Shown one piece after another: positions 18,401 to 30,400 of a DNA stretch of 43,517 bases. A program made the translations under genes and the position numbers. Source of the DNA: Naegleria gruberi (Eukaryota). Location: the NCBI GenBank assembly GCA_000004985.1, contig GG738958.1; one strand, given 5' to 3'. Every line of letters starts with the position of its first letter. Positions within the stretch are counted from its first letter, which is position 1. The notes beneath the pieces were generated by a model, which saw nothing but the letters and a program-made list of their open reading frames with translations, searched no databases and had not been told where the DNA came from.

Positions 18401-21400
18401 NNNNNNNNNNNNNNNNNNNNNNNNNNNNNNNNNNNNNNNNNNNNNNNNNNNNNNNNNNNNNNNNNNNNNNNNNNNNNNNNNNNNNNNNNNNNNNNNNNNN
18501 NNNNNNNNNNNNNNNNNNNNNNNNNNNNNNNNNNNNNNNNNNNNNNNNNNNNNNNNNNNNNNNNNNNNNNNNNNNNNNNNNNNNNNNNNNNNNNNNNNNN
18601 NNNNNNNNNNNNNNNNNNNNNNNNNNNNNNNNNNNNNNNNNNNNNNNNNNNNNNNNNNNNNNNNNNNNNNNNNNNNNNNNNNNNNNNNNNNNNNNNNNNN
18701 NNNNNNNNNNNNNNNNNNNNNNNNNNNNNNNNNNNNNNNNNNNNNNNNNNNNNNNNNNNNNNNNNNNNNNNNNNNNNNNNNNNNNNNNNNNNNNNNNNNN
18801 NNNNNNNNNNNNNNNNNNNNNNNNNNNNNNNNNNNNNNNNNNNNNNNNNNNNNNNNNNNNNNNNNNNNNNNNNNNNNNNNNNNNNNNNNNNNNNNNNNNN
18901 NNNNNNNNNNNNNNNNNNNNNNNNNNNNNNNNNNNNNNNNNNNNNNNNNNNNNNNNNNNNNNNNNNNNNNNNNNNNNNNNNNNNNNNNNNNNNNNNNNNN
19001 NNNNNNNNNNNNNNNNNNNNNNNNNNNNNNNNNNNNNNNNNNNNNNNNNNNNNNNNNNNNNNNNNNNNNNNNNNNNNNNNNNNNNNNNNNNNNNNNNNNN
19101 NNNNNNNNNNNNNNNNNNNNNNNNNNNNNNNNNNNNNNNNNNNNNNNNNNNNNNNNNNNNNNNNNNNNNNNNNNNNNNNNNNNNNNNNNNNNNNNNNNNN
19201 NNNNNNNNNNNNNNNNNNNNNNNNNNNNNNNNNNNNNNNNNNNNNNNNNNNNNNNNNNNNNNNNNNNNNNNNNNNNNNNNNNNNNNNNNNNNNNNNNNNN
19301 NNNNNNNNNNNNNNNNNNNNNNNNNNNNNNNNNNNNNNNNNNNNNNNNNNNNNNNNNNNNNNNNNNNNNNNNNNNNNNNNNNNNNNNNNNNNNNNNNNNN
19401 NNNNNNNNNNNNNNNNNNNNNNNNNNNNNNNNNNNNNNNNNNNNNNNNNNNNNNNNNNNNNNNNNNNNNNNNNNNNNNNNNNNNNNNNNNNNNNNNNNNN
19501 NNNNNNNNNNNNNNNNNNNNNNNNNNNNNNNNNNNNNNNNNNNNNNNNNNNNNNNNNNNNNNNNNNNNNNNNNNNNNNNNNNNNNNNNNNNNNNNNNNNN
19601 NNNNNNNNNNNNNNNNNNNNNNNNNNNNNNNNNNNNNNNNNNNNNNNNNNNNNNNNNNNNNNNNNNNNNNNNNNNNNNNNNNNNNNNNNNNNNNNNNNNN
19701 NNNNNNNNNNNNNNNNNNNNNNNNNNNNNNNNNNNNNNNNNNNNNNNNNNNNNNNNNNNNNNNNNNNNNNNNNNNNNNNNNNNNNNNNNNNNNNNNNNNN
19801 NNNNNNNNNNNNNNNNNNNNNNNNNNNNNNNNNNNNNNNNNNNNNNNNNNNNNNNNNNNNNNNNNNNNNNNNNNNNNNNNNNNNNNNNNNNNNNNNNNNN
19901 NNNNNNNNNNNNNNNNNNNNNNNNNNNNNNNNNNNNNNNNNNNNNNNNNNNNNNNNNNNNNNNNNNNNNNNNNNNNNNNNNNNNNNNNNNNNNNNNNNNN
20001 NNNNNNNNNNNNNNNNNNNNNNNNNNNNNNNNNNNNNNNNNNNNNNNNNNNNNNNNNNNNNNNNNNNNNNNNNNNNNNNNNNNNNNNNNNNNNNNNNNNN
20101 NNNNNNNNNNNNNNNNNNNNNNNNNNNNNNNNNNNNNNNNNNNNNNNNNNNNNNNNNNNNNNNNNNNNNNNNNNNNNNNNNNNNNNNNNNNNNNNNNNNN
20201 NNNNNNNNNNNNNNNNNNNNNNNNNNNNNNNNNNNNNNNNNNNNNNNNNNNNNNNNNNNNNNNNNNNNNNNNNNNNNNNNNNNNNNNNNNNNNNNNNNNN
20301 NNNNNNNNNNNNNNNNNNNNNNNNNNNNNNNNNNNNNNNNNNNNNNNNNNNNNNNNNNNNNNNNNNNNNNNNNNNNNNNNNNNNNNNNNNNNNNNNNNNN
20401 NNNNNNNNNNNNNNNNNNNNNNNNNNNNNNNNNNNNNNNNNNNNNNNNNNNNNNNNNNNNNNNNNNNNNNNNNNNNNNNNNNNNNNNNNNNNNNNNNNNN
20501 NNNNNNNNNNNNNNNNNNNNNNNNNNNNNNNNNNNNNNNNNNNNNNNNNNNNNNNNNNNNNNNNNNNNNNNNNNNNNNNNNNNNNNNNNNNNNNNNNNNN
20601 NNNNNNNNNNNNNNNNNNNNNNNNNNNNNNNNNNNNNNNNNNNNNNNNNNNNNNNNNNNNNNNNNNNNNNNNNNNNNNNNNNNNNNNNNNNNNNNNNNNN
20701 NNNNNNNNNNNNNNNNNNNNNNNNNNNNNNNNNNNNNNNNNNNNNNNNNNNNNNNNNNNNNNNNNNNNNNNNNNNNNNNNNNNNNNNNNNNNNNNNNNNN
20801 NNNNNNNNNNNNNNNNNNNNNNNNNNNNNNNNNNNNNNNNNNNNNNNNNNNNNNNNNNNNNNNNNNNNNNNNNNNNNNNNNNNNNNNNNNNNNNNNNNNN
20901 NNNNNNNNNNNNNNNNNNNNNNNNNNNNNNNNNNNNNNNNNNNNNNNNNNNNNNNNNNNNNNNNNNNNNNNNNNNNNNNNNNNNNNNNNNNNNNNNNNNN
21001 NNNNNNNNNNNNNNNNNNNNNNNNNNNNNNNNNNNNNNNNNNNNNNNNNNNNNNNNNNNNNNNNNNNNNNNNNNNNNNNNNNNNNNNNNNNNNNNNNNNN
21101 NNNNNNNNNNNNNNNNNNNNNNNNNNNNNNNNNNNNNNNNNNNNNNNNNNNNNNNNNNNNNNNNNNNNNNNNNNNNNNNNNNNNNNNNNNNNNNNNNNNN
21201 NNNNNNNNNNNNNNNNNNNNNNNNNNNNNNNNNNNNNNNNNNNNNNNNNNNNNNNNNNNNNNNNNNNNNNNNNNNNNNNNNNNNNNNNNNNNNNNNNNNN
21301 NNNNNNNNNNNNNNNNNNNNNNNNNNNNNNNNNNNNNNNNNNNNNNNNNNNNNNNNNNNNNNNNNNNNNNNNNNNNNNNNNNNNNNNNNNNNNNNNNNNN

Positions 21401-24400
21401 NNNNNNNNNNNNNNNNNNNNNNNNNNNNNNNNNNNNNNNNNNNNNNNNNNNNNNNNNNNNNNNNNNNNNNNNNNNNNNNNNNNNNNNNNNNNNNNNNNNN
21501 NNNNNNNNNNNNNNNNNNNNNNNNNNNNNNNNNNNNNNNNNNNNNNNNNNNNNNNNNNNNNNNNNNNNNNNNNNNNNNNNNNNNNNNNNNNNNNNNNNNN
21601 NNNNNNNNNNNNNNNNNNNNNNNNNNNNNNNNNNNNNNNNNNNNNNNNNNNNNNNNNNNNNNNNNNNNNNNNNNNNNNNNNNNNNNNNNNNNNNNNNNNN
21701 NNNNNNNNNNNNNNNNNNNNNNNNNNNNNNNNNNNNNNNNNNNNNNNNNNNNNNNNNNNNNNNNNNNNNNNNNNNNNNNNNNNNNNNNNNNNNNNNNNNN
21801 NNNNNNNNNNNNNNNNNNNNNNNNNNNNNNNNNNNNNNNNNNNNNNNNNNNNNNNNNNNNNNNNNNNNNNNNNNNNNNNNNNNNNNNNNNNNNNNNNNNN
21901 NNNNNNNNNNNNNNNNNNNNNNNNNNNNNNNNNNNNNNNNNNNNNNNNNNNNNNNNNNNNNNNNNNNNNNNNNNNNNNNNNNNNNNNNNNNNNNNNNNNN
22001 NNNNNNNNNNNNNNNNNNNNNNNNNNNNNNNNNNNNNNNNNNNNNNNNNNNNNNNNNNNNNNNNNNNNNNNNNNNNNNNNNNNNNNNNNNNNNNNNNNNN
22101 NNNNNNNNNNNNNNNNNNNNNNNNNNNNNNNNNNNNNNNNNNNNNNNNNNNNNNNNNNNNNNNNNNNNNNNNNNNNNNNNNNNNNNNNNNNNNNNNNNNN
22201 NNNNNNNNNNNNNNNNNNNNNNNNNNNNNNNNNNNNNNNNNNNNNNNNNNNNNNNNNNNNNNNNNNNNNNNNNNNNNNNNNNNNNNNNNNNNNNNNNNNN
22301 NNNNNNNNNNNNNNNNNNNNNNNNNNNNNNNNNNNNNNNNNNNNNNNNNNNNNNNNNNNNNNNNNNNNNNNNNNNNNNNNNNNNNNNNNNNNNNNNNNNN
22401 NNNNNNNNNNNNNNNNNNNNNNNNNNNNNNNNNNNNNNNNNNNNNNNNNNNNNNNNNNNNNNNNNNNNNNNNNNNNNNNNNNNNNNNNNNNNNNNNNNNN
22501 NNNNNNNNNNNNNNNNNNNNNNNNNNNNNNNNNNNNNNNNNNNNNNNNNNNNNNNNNNNNNNNNNNNNNNNNNNNNNNNNNNNNNNNNNNNNNNNNNNNN
22601 NNNNNNNNNNNNNNNNNNNNNNNNNNNNNNNNNNNNNNNNNNNNNNNNNNNNNNNNNNNNNNNNNNNNNNNNNNNNNNNNNNNNNNNNNNNNNNNNNNNN
22701 NNNNNNNNNNNNNNNNNNNNNNNNNNNNNNNNNNNNNNNNNNNNNNNNNNNNNNNNNNNNNNNNNNNNNNNNNNNNNNNNNNNNNNNNNNNNNNNNNNNN
22801 NNNNNNNNNNNNNNNNNNNNNNNNNNNNNNNNNNNNNNNNNNNNNNNNNNNNNNNNNNNNNNNNNNNNNNNNNNNNNNNNNNNNNNNNNNNNNNNNNNNN
22901 NNNNNNNNNNNNNNNNNNNNNNNNNNNNNNNNNNNNNNNNNNNNNNNNNNNNNNNNNNNNNNNNNNNNNNNNNNNNNNNNNNNNNNNNNNNNNNNNNNNN
23001 NNNNNNNNNNNNNNNNNNNNNNNNNNNNNNNNNNNNNNNNNNNNNNNNNNNNNNNNNNNNNNNNNNNNNNNNNNNNNNNNNNNNNNNNNNNNNNNNNNNN
23101 NNNNNNNNNNNNNNNNNNNNNNNNNNNNNNNNNNNNNNNNNNNNNNNNNNNNNNNNNNNNNNNNNNNNNNNNNNNNNNNNNNNNNNNNNNNNNNNNNNNN
23201 NNNNNNNNNNNNNNNNNNNNNNNNNNNNNNNNNNNNNNNNNNNNNNNNNNNNNNNNNNNNNNNNNNNNNNNNNNNNNNNNNNNNNNNNNNNNNNNNNNNN
23301 NNNNNNNNNNNNNNNNNNNNNNNNNNNNNNNNNNNNNNNNNNNNNNNNNNNNNNNNNNNNNNNNNNNNNNNNNNNNNNNNNNNNNNNNNNNNNNNNNNNN
23401 NNNNNNNNNNNNNNNNNNNNNNNNNNNNNNNNNNNNNNNNNNNNNNNNNNNNNNNNNNNNNNNNNNNNNNNNNNNNNNNNNNNNNNNNNNNNNNNNNNNN
23501 NNNNNNNNNNNNNNNNNNNNNNNNNNNNNNNNNNNNNNNNNNNNNNNNNNNNNNNNNNNNNNNNNNNNNNNNNNNNNNNNNNNNNNNNNNNNNNNNNNNN
23601 NNNNNNNNNNNNNNNNNNNNNNNNNNNNNNNNNNNNNNNNNNNNNNNNNNNNNNNNNNNNNNNNNNNNNNNNNNNNNNNNNNNNNNNNNNNNNNNNNNNN
23701 NNNNNNNNNNNNNNNNNNNNNNNNNNNNNNNNNNNNNNNNNNNNNNNNNNNNNNNNNNNNNNNNNNNNNNNNNNNNNNNNNNNNNNNNNNNNNNNNNNNN
23801 NNNNNNNNNNNNNNNNNNNNNNNNNNNNNNNNNNNNNNNNNNNNNNNNNNNNNNNNNNNNNNNNNNNNNNNNNNNNNNNNNNNNNNNNNNNNNNNNNNNN
23901 NNNNNNNNNNNNNNNNNNNNNNNNNNNNNNNNNNNNNNNNNNNNNNNNNNNNNNNNNNNNNNNNNNNNNNNNNNNNNNNNNNNNNNNNNNNNNNNNNNNN
24001 NNNNNNNNNNNNNNNNNNNNNNNNNNNNNNNNNNNNNNNNNNNNNNNNNNNNNNNNNNNNNNNNNNNNNNNNNNNNNNNNNNNNNNNNNNNNNNNNNNNN
24101 NNNNNNNNNNNNNNNNNNNNNNNNNNNNNNNNNNNNNNNNNNNNNNNNNNNNNNNNNNNNNNNNNNNNNNNNNNNNNNNNNNNNNNNNNNNNNNNNNNNN
24201 NNNNNNNNNNNNNNNNNNNNNNNNNNNNNNNNNNNNNNNNNNNNNNNNNNNNNNNNNNNNNNNNNNNNNNNNNNNNNNNNNNNNNNNNNNNNNNNNNNNN
24301 NNNNNNNNNNNNNNNNNNNNNNNNNNNNNNNNNNNNNNNNNNNNNNNNNNNNNNNNNNNNNNNNNNNNNNNNNNNNNNNNNNNNNNNNNNNNNNNNNNNN

Positions 24401-27400
24401 NNNNNNNNNNNNNNNNNNNNNNNNNNNNNNNNNNNNNNNNNNNNNNNNNNNNNNNNNNNNNNNNNNNNNNNNNNNNNNNNNNNNNNNNNNNNNNNNNNNN
24501 NNNNNNNNNNNNNNNNNNNNNNNNNNNNNNNNNNNNNNNNNNNNNNNNNNNNNNNNNNNNNNNNNNNNNNNNNNNNNNNNNNNNNNNNNNNNNNNNNNNN
24601 NNNNNNNNNNNNNNNNNNNNNNNNNNNNNNNNNNNNNNNNNNNNNNNNNNNNNNNNNNNNNNNNNNNNNNNNNNNNNNNNNNNNNNNNNNNNNNNNNNNN
24701 NNNNNNNNNNNNNNNNNNNNNNNNNNNNNNNNNNNNNNNNNNNNNNNNNNNNNNNNNNNNNNNNNNNNNNNNNNNNNNNNNNNNNNNNNNNNNNNNNNNN
24801 NNNNNNNNNNNNNNNNNNNNNNNNNNNNNNNNNNNNNNNNNNNNNNNNNNNNNNNNNNNNNNNNNNNNNNNNNNNNNNNNNNNNNNNNNNNNNNNNNNNN
24901 NNNNNNNNNNNNNNNNNNNNNNNNNNNNNNNNNNNNNNNNNNNNNNNNNNNNNNNNNNNNNNNNNNNNNNNNNNNNNNNNNNNNNNNNNNNNNNNNNNNN
25001 NNNNNNNNNNNNNNNNNNNNNNNNNNNNNNNNNNNNNNNNNNNNNNNNNNNNNNNNNNNNNNNNNNNNNNNNNNNNNNNNNNNNNNNNNNNNNNNNNNNN
25101 NNNNNNNNNNNNNNNNNNNNNNNNNNNNNNNNNNNNNNNNNNNNNNNNNNNNNNNNNNNNNNNNNNNNNNNNNNNNNNNNNNNNNNNNNNNNNNNNNNNN
25201 NNNNNNNNNNNNNNNNNNNNNNNNNNNNNNNNNNNNNNNNNNNNNNNNNNNNNNNNNNNNNNNNNNNNNNNNNNNNNNNNNNNNNNNNNNNNNNNNNNNN
25301 NNNNNNNNNNNNNNNNNNNNNNNNNNNNNNNNNNNNNNNNNNNNNNNNNNNNNNNNNNNNNNNNNNNNNNNNNNNNNNNNNNNNNNNNNNNNNNNNNNNN
25401 NNNNNNNNNNNNNNNNNNNNNNNNNNNNNNNNNNNNNNNNNNNNNNNNNNNNNNNNNNNNNNNNNNNNNNNNNNNNNNNNNNNNNNNNNNNNNNNNNNNN
25501 NNNNNNNNNNNNNNNNNNNNNNNNNNNNNNNNNNNNNNNNNNNNNNNNNNNNNNNNNNNNNNNNNNNNNNNNNNNNNNNNNNNNNNNNNNNNNNNNNNNN
25601 NNNNNNNNNNNNNNNNNNNNNNNNNNNNNNNNNNNNNNNNNNNNNNNNNNNNNNNNNNNNNNNNNNNNNNNNNNNNNNNNNNNNNNNNNNNNNNNNNNNN
25701 NNNNNNNNNNNNNNNNNNNNNNNNNNNNNNNNNNNNNNNNNNNNNNNNNNNNNNNNNNNNNNNNNNNNNNNNNNNNNNNNNNNNNNNNNNNNNNNNNNNN
25801 NNNNNNNNNNNNNNNNNNNNNNNNNNNNNNNNNNNNNNNNNNNNNNNNNNNNNNNNNNNNNNNNNNNNNNNNNNNNNNNNNNNNNNNNNNNNNNNNNNNN
25901 NNNNNNNNNNNNNNNNNNNNNNNNNNNNNNNNNNNNNNNNNNNNNNNNNNNNNNNNNNNNNNNNNNNNNNNNNNNNNNNNNNNNNNNNNNNNNNNNNNNN
26001 NNNNNNNNNNNNNNNNNNNNNNNNNNNNNNNNNNNNNNNNNNNNNNNNNNNNNNNNNNNNNNNNNNNNNNNNNNNNNNNNNNNNNNNNNNNNNNNNNNNN
26101 NNNNNNNNNNNNNNNNNNNNNNNNNNNNNNNNNNNNNNNNNNNNNNNNNNNNNNNNNNNNNNNNNNNNNNNNNNNNNNNNNNNNNNNNNNNNNNNNNNNN
26201 NNNNNNNNNNNNNNNNNNNNNNNNNNNNNNNNNNNNNNNNNNNNNNNNNNNNNNNNNNNNNNNNNNNNNNNNNNNNNNNNNNNNNNNNNNNNNNNNNNNN
26301 NNNNNNNNNNNNNNNNNNNNNNNNNNNNNNNNNNNNNNNNNNNNNNNNNNNNNNNNNNNNNNNNNNNNNNNNNNNNNNNNNNNNNNNNNNNNNNNNNNNN
26401 NNNNNNNNNNNNNNNNNNNNNNNNNNNNNNNNNNNNNNNNNNNNNNNNNNNNNNNNNNNNNNNNNNNNNNNNNNNNNNNNNNNNNNNNNNNNNNNNNNNN
26501 NNNNNNNNNNNNNNNNNNNNNNNNNNNNNNNNNNNNNNNNNNNNNNNNNNNNNNNNNNNNNNNNNNNNNNNNNNNNNNNNNNNNNNNNNNNNNNNNNNNN
26601 NNNNNNNNNNNNNNNNNNNNNNNNNNNNNNNNNNNNNNNNNNNNNNNNNNNNNNNNNNNNNNNNNNNNNNNNNNNNNNNNNNNNNNNNNNNNNNNNNNNN
26701 NNNNNNNNNNNNNNNNNNNNNNNNNNNNNNNNNNNNNNNNNNNNNNNNNNNNNNNNNNNNNNNNNNNNNNNNNNNNNNNNNNNNNNNNNNNNNNNNNNNN
26801 NNNNNNNNNNNNNNNNNNNNNNNNNNNNNNNNNNNNNNNNNNNNNNNNNNNNNNNNNNNNNNNNNNNNNNNNNNNNNNNNNNNNNNNNNNNNNNNNNNNN
26901 NNNNNNNNNNNNNNNNNNNNNNNNNNNNNNNNNNNNNNNNNNNNNNNNNNNNNNNNNNNNNNNNNNNNNNNNNNNNNNNNNNNNNNNNNNNNNNNNNNNN
27001 NNNNNNNNNNNNNNNNNNNNNNNNNNNNNNNNNNNNNNNNNNNNNNNNNNNNNNNNNNNNNNNNNNNNNNNNNNNNNNNNNNNNNNNNNNNNNNNNNNNN
27101 NNNNNNNNNNNNNNNNNNNNNNNNNNNNNNNNNNNNNNNNNNNNNNNNNNNNNNNNNNNNNNNNNNNNNNNNNNNNNNNNNNNNNNNNNNNNNNNNNNNN
27201 NNNNNNNNNNNNNNNNNNNNNNNNNNNNNNNNNNNNNNNNNNNNNNNNNNNNNNNNNNNNNNNNNNNNNNNNNNNNNNNNNNNNNNNNNNNNNNNNNNNN
27301 NNNNNNNNNNNNNNNNNNNNNNNNNNNNNNNNNNNNNNNNNNNNNNNNNNNNNNNNNNNNNNNNNNNNNNNNNNNNNNNNNNNNNNNNNNNNNNNNNNNN

Positions 27401-30400
27401 NNNNNNNNNNNNNNNNNNNNNNNNNNNNNNNNNNNNNNNNNNNNNNNNNNNNNNNNNNNNNNNNNNNNNNNNNNNNNNNNNNNNNNNNNNNNNNNNNNNN
27501 NNNNNNNNNNNNNNNNNNNNNNNNNNNNNNNNNNNNNNNNNNNNNNNNNNNNNNNNNNNNNNNNNNNNNNNNNNNNNNNNNNNNNNNNNNNNNNNNNNNN
27601 NNNNNNNNNNNNNNNNNNNNNNNNNNNNNNNNNNNNNNNNNNNNNNNNNNNNNNNNNNNNNNNNNNNNNNNNNNNNNNNNNNNNNNNNNNNNNNNNNNNN
27701 NNNNNNNNNNNNNNNNNNNNNNNNNNNNNNNNNNNNNNNNNNNNNNNNNNNNNNNNNNNNNNNNNNNNNNNNNNNNNNNNNNNNNNNNNNNNNNNNNNNN
27801 NNNNNNNNNNNNNNNNNNNNNNNNNNNNNNNNNNNNNNNNNNNNNNNNNNNNNNNNNNNNNNNNNNNNNNNNNNNNNNNNNNNNNNNNNNNNNNNNNNNN
27901 NNNNNNNNNNNNNNNNNNNNNNNNNNNNNNNNNNNNNNNNNNNNNNNNNNNNNNNNNNNNNNNNNNNNNNNNNNNNNNNNNNNNNNNNNNNNNNNNNNNN
28001 NNNNNNNNNNNNNNNNNNNNNNNNNNNNNNNNNNNNNNNNNNNNNNNNNNNNNNNNNNNNNNNNNNNNNNNNNNNNNNNNNNNNNNNNNNNNNNNNNNNN
28101 NNNNNNNNNNNNNNNNNNNNNNNNNNNNNNNNNNNNNNNNNNNNNNNNNNNNNNNNNNNNNNNNNNNNNNNNNNNNNNNNNNNNNNNNNNNNNNNNNNNN
28201 NNNNNNNNNNNNNNNNNNNNNNNNNNNNNNNNNNNNNNNNNNNNNNNNNNNNNNNNNNNNNNNNNNNNNNNNNNNNNNNNNNNNNNNNNNNNNNNNNNNN
28301 NNNNNNNNNNNNNNNNNNNNNNNNNNNNNNNNNNNNNNNNNNNNNNNNNNNNNNNNNNNNNNNNNNNNNNNNNNNNNNNNNNNNNNNNNNNNNNNNNNNN
28401 NNNNNNNNNNNNNNNNNNNNNNNNNNNNNNNNNNNNNNNNNNNNNNNNNNNNNNNNNNNNNNNNNNNNNNNNNNNNNNNNNNNNNNNNNNNNNNNNNNNN
28501 NNNNNNNNNNNNNNNNNNNNNNNNNNNNNNNNNNNNNNNNNNNNNNNNNNNNNNNNNNNNNNNNNNNNNNNNNNNNNNNNNNNNNNNNNNNNNNNNNNNN
28601 NNNNNNNNNNNNNNNNNNNNNNNNNNNNNNNNNNNNNNNNNNNNNNNNNNNNNNNNNNNNNNNNNNNNNNNNNNNNNNNNNNNNNNNNNNNNNNNNNNNN
28701 NNNNNNNNNNNNNNNNNNNNNNNNNNNNNNNNNNNNNNNNNNNNNNNNNNNNNNNNNNNNNNNNNNNNNNNNNNNNNNNNNNNNNNNNNNNNNNNNNNNN
28801 NNNNNNNNNNNNNNNNNNNNNNNNNNNNNNNNNNNNNNNNNNNNNNNNNNNNNNNNNNNNNNNNNNNNNNNNNNNNNNNNNNNNNNNNNNNNNNNNNNNN
28901 NNNNNNNNNNNNNNNNNNNNNNNNNNNNNNNNNNNNNNNNNNNNNNNNNNNNNNNNNNNNNNNNNNNNNNNNNNNNNNNNNNNNNNNNNNNNNNNNNNNN
29001 NNNNNNNNNNNNNNNNNNNNNNNNNNNNNNNNNNNNNNNNNNNNNNNNNNNNNNNNNNNNNNNNNNNNNNNNNNNNNNNNNNNNNNNNNNNNNNNNNNNN
29101 NNNNNNNNNNNNNNNNNNNNNNNNNNNNNNNNNNNNNNNNNNNNNNNNNNNNNNNNNNNNNNNNNNNNNNNNNNNNNNNNNNNNNNNNNNNNNNNNNNNN
29201 NNNNNNNNNNNNNNNNNNNNNNNNNNNNNNNNNNNNNNNNNNNNNNNNNNNNNNNNNNNNNNNNNNNNNNNNNNNNNNNNNNNNNNNNNNNNNNNNNNNN
29301 NNNNNNNNNNNNNNNNNNNNNNNNNNNNNNNNNNNNNNNNNNNNNNNNNNNNNNNNNNNNNNNNNNNNNNNNNNNNNNNNNNNNNNNNNNNNNNNNNNNN
29401 NNNNNNNNNNNNNNNNNNNNNNNNNNNNNNNNNNNNNNNNNNNNNNNNNNNNNNNNNNNNNNNNNNNNNNNNNNNNNNNNNNNNNNNNNNNNNNNNNNNN
29501 NNNNNNNNNNNNNNNNNNNNNNNNNNNNNNNNNNNNNNNNNNNNNNNNNNNNNNNNNNNNNNNNNNNNNNNNNNNNNNNNNNNNNNNNNNNNNNNNNNNN
29601 NNNNNNNNNNNNNNNNNNNNNNNNNNNNNNNNNNNNNNNNNNNNNNNNNNNNNNNNNNNNNNNNNNNNNNNNNNNNNNNNNNNNNNNNNNNNNNNNNNNN
29701 NNNNNNNNNNNNNNNNNNNNNNNNNNNNNNNNNNNNNNNNNNNNNNNNNNNNNNNNNNNNNNNNNNNNNNNNNNNNNNNNNNNNNNNNNNNNNNNNNNNN
29801 NNNNNNNNNNNNNNNNNNNNNNNNNNNNNNNNNNNNNNNNNNNNNNNNNNNNNNNNNNNNNNNNNNNNNNNNNNNNNNNNNNNNNNNNNNNNNNNNNNNN
29901 NNNNNNNNNNNNNNNNNNNNNNNNNNNNNNNNNNNNNNNNNNNNNNNNNNNNNNNNNNNNNNNNNNNNNNNNNNNNNNNNNNNNNNNNNNNNNNNNNNNN
30001 NNNNNNNNNNNNNNNNNNNNNNNNNNNNNNNNNNNNNNNNNNNNNNNNNNNNNNNNNNNNNNNNNNNNNNNNNNNNNNNNNNNNNNNNNNNNNNNNNNNN
30101 NNNNNNNNNNNNNNNNNNNNNNNNNNNNNNNNNNNNNNNNNNNNNNNNNNNNNNNNNNNNNNNNNNNNNNNNNNNNNNNNNNNNNNNNNNNNNNNNNNNN
30201 NNNNNNNNNNNNNNNNNNNNNNNNNNNNNNNNNNNNNNNNNNNNNNNNNNNNNNNNNNNNNNNNNNNNNNNNNNNNNNNNNNNNNNNNNNNNNNNNNNNN
30301 NNNNNNNNNNNNNNNNNNNNNNNNNNNNNNNNNNNNNNNNNNNNNNNNNNNNNNNNNNNNNNNNNNNNNNNNNNNNNNNNNNNNNNNNNNNNNNNNNNNN